A stretch of DNA of 64,000 nucleotides from a virus. Shown piece after piece: positions 59,801 to 64,000 of this stretch (position 1 is its first letter; every line of letters starts with the position of its first letter). Under the pieces are notes generated by a model. That model searched no databases. It was given only the letters and a program-made list of their open reading frames with translations, and was not told the DNA's origin. The DNA lies in the IMG/VR virus record IMGVR_UViG_3300025872_000053, positions 1 to 64,000 of that record; one strand, given 5' to 3'. The translations under genes were made by a program, and so were the position numbers.

Positions 59801-61500
59801 AGAAAGCTATTGCTACTTCTATGTTTGGTAAAACTCAATACAAGAACGGTAAGCTTGAATACACTCCAGATAACAACGAGAACACAAAGCTTGTTGAGGA
59901 CATGATGAAGTCTATCATCTATGGACAAAAGTTTATTCAAAGTGAAACCTTTGATCAGCTCCTTGGTACATTAGGTGACTTTGGAGAAAGAGCAAACAAG
60001 AAACTTGGAATGAAGATATTCCCAGAAAACCTTTCTGGAAGACAGATTAGTATTAACAAGGTGCTCAATCAGTTGAACACTACATTCCAATTAAACGCAT
60101 TAGGTCTTAATCCATTGTCTGCACTTTCTAACTTGTTGGGTGGTAATTTCCAGTCTATGATTAATGCTGGAACATATTTTACTAGACAAGACTATTTATC
60201 TACAGAGCTTTGGATGGCAGGAAATAAAATGACTCGTGGTGAGGATAGAGAAAAGATGATTCGTTCAATCGAATACTTCCTTCCTTTCACAGACAGTTAC
60301 AATAGAGAACTTGCTAAAAAGTTATCTCTAAGTAAGTTGAGTCAAGAGAATATACAGGAGTTTCTTATGGTGCTCATGAGGAATTCTGATATGTTTGTTC
60401 AGTCTGCTAACTTCTTTACATTCCTTAAGAACACAATAGTGGATGGTGATAGAGTGGTTAACGTTAGAGAATACCTAAGAGAGCAACCTGAATATCAAGA
60501 TATGTATGCTGGTACACAGGAAGAAAGACAAGCTAGAGCTGATAAGTTTGAAAAGGATGTTAAAGAGCTAGTAGAAAGTAAAGGTGTATTGAAAGTTGCT
60601 GAGGTTAAGAATGGTGAACTTACTATTCCTGGAGTGGATAGAAAATCAGAATCTGTTATTGAACTCAGAAGAAAGGTACAGCAACTTAGTAAAGATGCCC
60701 TTGGTAATCTTACAGAGGATGATATCAGAGCTATCAACCAGAACATATATGGAAAATCATTTATGTTGTTCAAGAACTGGATTCCTCGTCTAGTGGATGT
60801 ACGTTTGGGTAATCTTAAATACAACTCAGCATCTGATGCTTATGAGTGGGGTAGAATGAGAAATGTATTCAGAGTGATATCTGAAGACGTGATTGGCTCA
60901 ATCAACAATCTTACAAACTCCCTGCAAGCAAATGACAAGGGTGTAGAGTTTATGAAAAATCTTTACAAAAAGAAGAAAGAAGAATATGAAACAGAAACTG
61001 GTAAGGAGTTAGATATGACTGAGTCTCAGTTTATTGACCTTACTAGAAAGAACATCAAAGGACAACTTGTAGACTTGATGTTTATGTTAACTATATATGC
61101 TCTCTATCTTGGACTAAAAGCAAATGCTCCAGATGATGATGAGGATGCTGCAGTTAAGAATCAATATAAGTTTATGCTTAGAGCTGCTGACAAGATTAAG
61201 GATGAATTGGCTTACTTCTATGATCCAACTAGTTTGACAAGTCTTGTATCCTCTGGAATATTCCCATCAACAACCTATTTAAATAATTTTAAAAAGCTTA
61301 TTGTAAATTTCAACACTGAAATGTTTGGATTGGTAGTTGGTGATGAGGAGCTTGTAGAGAAAACCAAAGTGATAAAGTACTTGATGAAGACATTCCCTGT
61401 AGCTAATCAGGCAGCTGGAATGCTTCCAATGTTCTATCCAGAGCTTGCTAAAGATCTAGGTATCAGAGCACAGTCTCAGGCTAGACCAGTTAGCCTATAA
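56854..61500 (+). CDS. giant protein (1548 aa) with RecB-family PD-(D/E)xK nuclease-like motif set
   Basis: 'GTID376FL...ILD390WK392F...Q415MEQY419' = D / (D/E)xK / QxxxY in RecB-like order and spacing (nt 57970..58110); start 1 nt after upstream stop. Confidence 0.5.
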   Translation: MACINPNSPEFKAALERTGNPLLAEIEVDNVSPKTMALIKDFIKRIGVDIKLVKDISVNGIKQDANGVALIMQKLIQVVEGKEDTVLPEEAMHFAVEIIQQTDPKLFNTLLKEINGYRILQEVIDTYGTDPNYQTKDGKPDILKLKKEAIAKVLAEVVINKSEGLSENANNLAKVESWWRTILDALKRIFQKSGFDTAAMKVLTGEAIGTVDDIRAEEDAIFLQKSTSQEAVYNKLKDIQSKIAKKDDGYYIDGKKVPRRVTDLVKDWYERRFKANDLTKSDYQKAVDDLKAEKGTAGHADIEYAFSVFVDEDGFLRDNPLDDSTYISQLNPSNRDMYDLLKNNLKDRLNSFPVGTRFMSEVMVYDAKRGLAGTIDFLAITPDGKMNILDWKFMDLNVDKYEDVPWYKVNAWREQMEQYKLILQNVYGVKPQDFQQTRMIPIKAFYSPGNAKLGVLPQLQSVKIGDVNIKNITDDYLIPVGLEGESTGNKKIDALLEKLNAVYKRISEKKALPSEKLSKAEQLNSLFTAIRQLQMKQNLKPLLRQANILNKEIQKTIDRYKENWAGKDPKDFKQSDISNFYEELETAKNSLIAYTTLNTDLKFLFQGELSEEDKALREELRTVTESAQELDSNLDDISGEFVNDFVAGSEGVENYLSPEKVIKGMTKWFVSTTGLQLKALETLYKKANRAFGFAAMDTIDETKKLGTLKEAYDKWAQAKGLNNKNYFDILKKKDKNELIDEFQRDFYRELKSKSTDKDFAWIRDNIDAAEYNKFLKEKLQEELDRIDNKVRVGSEEDINREISREKANITNLYNTSTAESPGWFLYDLTKKFPKRDKWESAEWKELTKPENKPAFDFYNYIKERNEYYQEIGYISKAEARVFLPFVRKGLMEKIIFGGNVTLGEQFLRAISIDEGDIGFGKIDPLTGRLIDTIPTYFTKEIEGDLSEDLFRNMALYNEMAIRYKYVSDIEAQARALVATERNKKAIATSMFGKTQYKNGKLEYTPDNNENTKLVEDMMKSIIYGQKFIQSETFDQLLGTLGDFGERANKKLGMKIFPENLSGRQISINKVLNQLNTTFQLNALGLNPLSALSNLLGGNFQSMINAGTYFTRQDYLSTELWMAGNKMTRGEDREKMIRSIEYFLPFTDSYNRELAKKLSLSKLSQENIQEFLMVLMRNSDMFVQSANFFTFLKNTIVDGDRVVNVREYLREQPEYQDMYAGTQEERQARADKFEKDVKELVESKGVLKVAEVKNGELTIPGVDRKSESVIELRRKVQQLSKDALGNLTEDDIRAINQNIYGKSFMLFKNWIPRLVDVRLGNLKYNSASDAYEWGRMRNVFRVISEDVIGSINNLTNSLQANDKGVEFMKNLYKKKKEEYETETGKELDMTESQFIDLTRKNIKGQLVDLMFMLTIYALYLGLKANAPDDDEDAAVKNQYKFMLRAADKIKDELAYFYDPTSLTSLVSSGIFPSTTYLNNFKKLIVNFNTEMFGLVVGDEELVEKTKVIKYLMKTFPVANQAAGMLPMFYPELAKDLGIRAQSQARPVSL

Positions 61501-61582
61501 AAGGGACATTGTATAGCTATATTATGTCTAAAACTTTCTTCTAAGTCATTGAAAATCATTTAAAACAATTAACTTTGTAACT

Positions 61583-61798
61583 ATGCGTATTGCTACAATT
61601 TGCCCAACGTGTGCCACACACATTAACTCTGTGTGTGTGATTTATGATGGTGAGTATCTTGCTAATTTAGATGTAGCTCCAGGAGATACCCTTGAGGATA
61701 TCCTTCTGAAGATTAACAATAGTTGTGCTTGCACTACTACTACAACTACTAGCACTAGTACTTCAACCACCACTACAACTACTACTATAGCACCATAA
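61583..61798 (+). CDS. small fiber-anchor-domain protein ending TTTTTTTIAP (71 aa)
   Basis: CxxC N-terminus + 'PGDTLEDILLKINN' like other anchor-domain paralogs; poly-Thr + IAP C-terminus. Confidence 0.5.
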   Translation: MRIATICPTCATHINSVCVIYDGEYLANLDVAPGDTLEDILLKINNSCACTTTTTTSTSTSTTTTTTTIAP

Positions 61799-61808
61799 CT
61801 TAATATAC

Positions 61809-64000
61809 ATGAACGTTACTTGTGGAGCCACCCCCTGTCCAGTTATACTGAATAGCACCTGCGTATTTTACGAAGGTGCTAATCTCATTTATACAGGCAT
61901 CAATACTAATGATAATCTTCAAACTGCTCTAGAAAAGATAGATGCTAAGTTTGCAGATGCATCAATAGGATACGTGTTTCAAAACGGTATTATTCAAACA
62001 GCACCTGGTCAACCTGTAAAGTTGGGAGGTTCTTTGAATCAAAACACCGTAATTAACAGTGCTGGTTATACATTTGAACTTACAGGTACTATTGAATCAT
62101 CTGCATTCATTACCTCTGGAGGAACATCAAGCCAGTTTGTTAAGGGAGATGGTTCTTTAGATTCTACATCCTATCAGCCTGCTGGTAACTATATCACTGG
62201 TCTCACTGGTGATGGTACAGCATCTGGTCCAGGTAACGTTCCTTTTACATTAGCTACAGTTAACTCAAACCCAGGCACTTATGGATCATCTACATTGATT
62301 CCTGTAGTGACTGTGAATGGTAAGGGATTGGTAACTAATATTACCACCACAGCTGTAAATATTCCTTCTGGCTCAATCATTTTACAAGGAGATGTAACAG
62401 GTGTTGGAACCACAGGTGTTCCTCTTACAACTACACTTGCTACAGTGAATGCCAATGTGTATGGTACAGACACTCCTCTTAAATTTGCTGTAAATGGTAA
62501 GGGATTAGTTACATCAGCTTCTCCTCTCACTGCTTTAGATATAATAGGCATTCTTGGTTATACACCAGTTCCTGATAGTAGAACTATCACGATCAATGGT
62601 GTAACCTATGATTTGTCAGCTAATAGAACTTGGTCTGTAGGAACAGTCACAAGTGTAGATCTTCAAATGCCTTCAGCATTTGCTGTATCTGGTAATCCAA
62701 TCACCTCATCTGGAACTTTAGTAGTAACTGGTACAGGTACTATAAATCAATATGTTAGAGGTGATGGTTCATTAGGAAACTTCCCATCAGGTATTGGTTC
62801 TTCAGGTACCTCAGGTGCTGGAGGTACATCTGGTACTTCTGGTCAAGGTGGTACATCTGGTACTAGCGGTGCAACAGGTGTGTCTGGTACAAGTGGTACT
62901 TCAGGTGGCACAGGTAGTAGTGGTACTTCTGGTATAGGAGGTTCCTCTGGTACAAGTGGACAAGCTGGGTCATCAGGTACATCAGGTGTTTCTGGTGGTT
63001 CTGGTAGCTCAGGATCTTCTGGATCCTCTGGAATAAGCGGAACTTCTGGAACAAGTGGTGGCACAGGAACCAGTGGAACATCTGGTAACAATGGCTCTTC
63101 TGGTACTTCTGGAGGAACAGGAACTAGTGGTACCTCAGGTGACTCTGGTACATCAGGCTTATCTGGTACTAGCGGAACATCAGGTGGAACTGGTACATCA
63201 GGTACAAGCGGAGGTACAGGAACCTCAGGTACTAGTGGAGCTACTGGCTCTAGTGGTACATCAGGTAATAGTGGAACTTCTGGAGACTCTGGTACAAGTG
63301 GAAGTTCTGGTGTATCTGGAACTAGCGGTGATAGTGGGTCTAGTGGTACATCTGGTGCAACAGGTTCTTCTGGAACAAGTGGTATTTCTGGTACTAGTGG
63401 CACGTCTGGTGCTGTTGGTAGCAGTGGTACATCTGGTGAAAGTGGAACTAGTGGTAACAGTGGGACAAGTGGCACAAGTGGTATAAATGGAACTTCTGGT
63501 AATAACGGCACTAGTGGTACTAGTGGAGGTACAGGTACAAGTGGTACTTCTGGAGACAGTGGTTCATCAGGTGTGAATGGAACTAGTGGTACGTCAGGAG
63601 ATAGTGGTAGCTCTGGCACCAGTGGGTCTTCTGGACTTTCTGGTACTAGTGGTCAATCCTCTACAAGCGGTACAAGTGGAAACAGTGGTTCTTCTGGCAC
63701 TTCTGGTTTGTCAGGTAGTTCTGGAACAGCAGGTGAATCTGGTACAAGTGGTAATAATGGCTCCTCTGGAAACAGTGGTACGTCAGGTACAAGTGGTTTG
63801 AATGGTGATGATGGTACATCTGGTACCAGTGGTATTAGTGGTACATCAGGTACCAATGGACAAAATGGTACAAGCGGTACATCTGGCTTGTCAGGTACAA
63901 GTGGAAATAACGGTAGCTCTGGTTCTTCTGGAAACAGTGGAACAAGTGGCACCTCAGGTATAAATGGTGATGATGGAACTTCAGGAACTTCTGGCGTTAG
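61809..64000 (+). CDS. tail fiber with phage-tail-fibre repeats and long Pro-free collagen-like (Gly-X-Y) domain; 3' partial (runs off window), absent from ORF track
   Basis: Open frame from ATG 61809 to window end; N-term anchor domain; two 'T(L)ATVN..GTY....VTVNGKGLVT' repeats (lambda Stf-type 'AGTYTKVTVNAKGLVT'); from ~62791 continuous GTS-GTS-GxG triplets. Confidence 0.7.
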   Translation, partial: MNVTCGATPCPVILNSTCVFYEGANLIYTGINTNDNLQTALEKIDAKFADASIGYVFQNGIIQTAPGQPVKLGGSLNQNTVINSAGYTFELTGTIESSAFITSGGTSSQFVKGDGSLDSTSYQPAGNYITGLTGDGTASGPGNVPFTLATVNSNPGTYGSSTLIPVVTVNGKGLVTNITTTAVNIPSGSIILQGDVTGVGTTGVPLTTTLATVNANVYGTDTPLKFAVNGKGLVTSASPLTALDIIGILGYTPVPDSRTITINGVTYDLSANRTWSVGTVTSVDLQMPSAFAVSGNPITSSGTLVVTGTGTINQYVRGDGSLGNFPSGIGSSGTSGAGGTSGTSGQGGTSGTSGATGVSGTSGTSGGTGSSGTSGIGGSSGTSGQAGSSGTSGVSGGSGSSGSSGSSGISGTSGTSGGTGTSGTSGNNGSSGTSGGTGTSGTSGDSGTSGLSGTSGTSGGTGTSGTSGGTGTSGTSGATGSSGTSGNSGTSGDSGTSGSSGVSGTSGDSGSSGTSGATGSSGTSGISGTSGTSGAVGSSGTSGESGTSGNSGTSGTSGINGTSGNNGTSGTSGGTGTSGTSGDSGSSGVNGTSGTSGDSGSSGTSGSSGLSGTSGQSSTSGTSGNSGSSGTSGLSGSSGTAGESGTSGNNGSSGNSGTSGTSGLNGDDGTSGTSGISGTSGTNGQNGTSGTSGLSGTSGNNGSSGSSGNSGTSGTSGINGDDGTSGTSGV
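62791..64000 (+). repeat. nucleotide-level triplet/nonamer repeat encoding (Gly-Thr-Ser)n collagen-like tract
   Basis: ggtacWtcWggt-type units repeated for >1.2 kb; every third residue Gly. Confidence 0.8.

Noticed and set aside
62843-63952. Minus-strand Pro/Leu/Val-rich ORFs (62843..63619, 63653..63952, 62863..63081) and plus-strand alternate-frame ORFs 63055..63486, 63577..63801
   Set aside because: Mirror or alternate-frame readings of the GGT-ACN-TCN triplet repeat. The true gene is the plus-strand frame starting at 61809 (open to window end); stops are absent simply because of repeat composition.
1-64000. CRISPR arrays, integrase/att pair, transposases
   Set aside because: No regularly spaced direct repeats, no tyrosine/serine recombinase motifs and no IS-like inverted repeats were found in any frame.

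Overview
This AT-rich window looks like a contiguous piece of a large dsDNA phage genome, with no host-like genes. It resembles crAss-like podoviruses of Bacteroidetes: genes lack Shine-Dalgarno leaders, and candidate promoters fit the Bacteroidetes TTTG...TAnnTTTG pattern.

Two divergent blocks meet at a ~600-bp control region (10399..10994).

- **Minus strand, 1..10398 (early/replication block):** a family B DNA polymerase, a GIY-YIG+HTH homing-endonuclease-like gene, many small ORFs, and about 2 kb of mostly non-coding DNA that carries tRNA-T-arm-like fragments.
- **Plus strand, 10995..>64000 (virion block):** an HU/IHF-like protein, terminase large subunit, portal, an SPFH/band-7 protein, scaffold and major capsid, followed by a GC-rich structured element. 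Next come head-tail and fiber genes (a tail-collar fiber and a calcineurin-like metallophosphoesterase), then two proteins of ~1700-1800 aa. A translationally coupled trio of 860, 3969 and 1548 aa follows. The window ends in a partial fiber gene with a long proline-free Gly-X-Y repeat.

Most notable findings:
- The 3969-aa ORF carries a multisubunit-RNAP beta-prime-like catalytic segment (FRIPTQA...DFDIDKLNMY), so it is a candidate virion RNA polymerase.
- The 1548-aa ORF carries a RecB-type PD-(D/E)xK motif set.
- Poly-Thr + (V/I/L)(A/V)P C-terminal tags recur on several virion proteins.
- Two small paralogous N-terminal domain families are each shared by fiber-like proteins.

All calls are from reading the sequence; no database searches were run.
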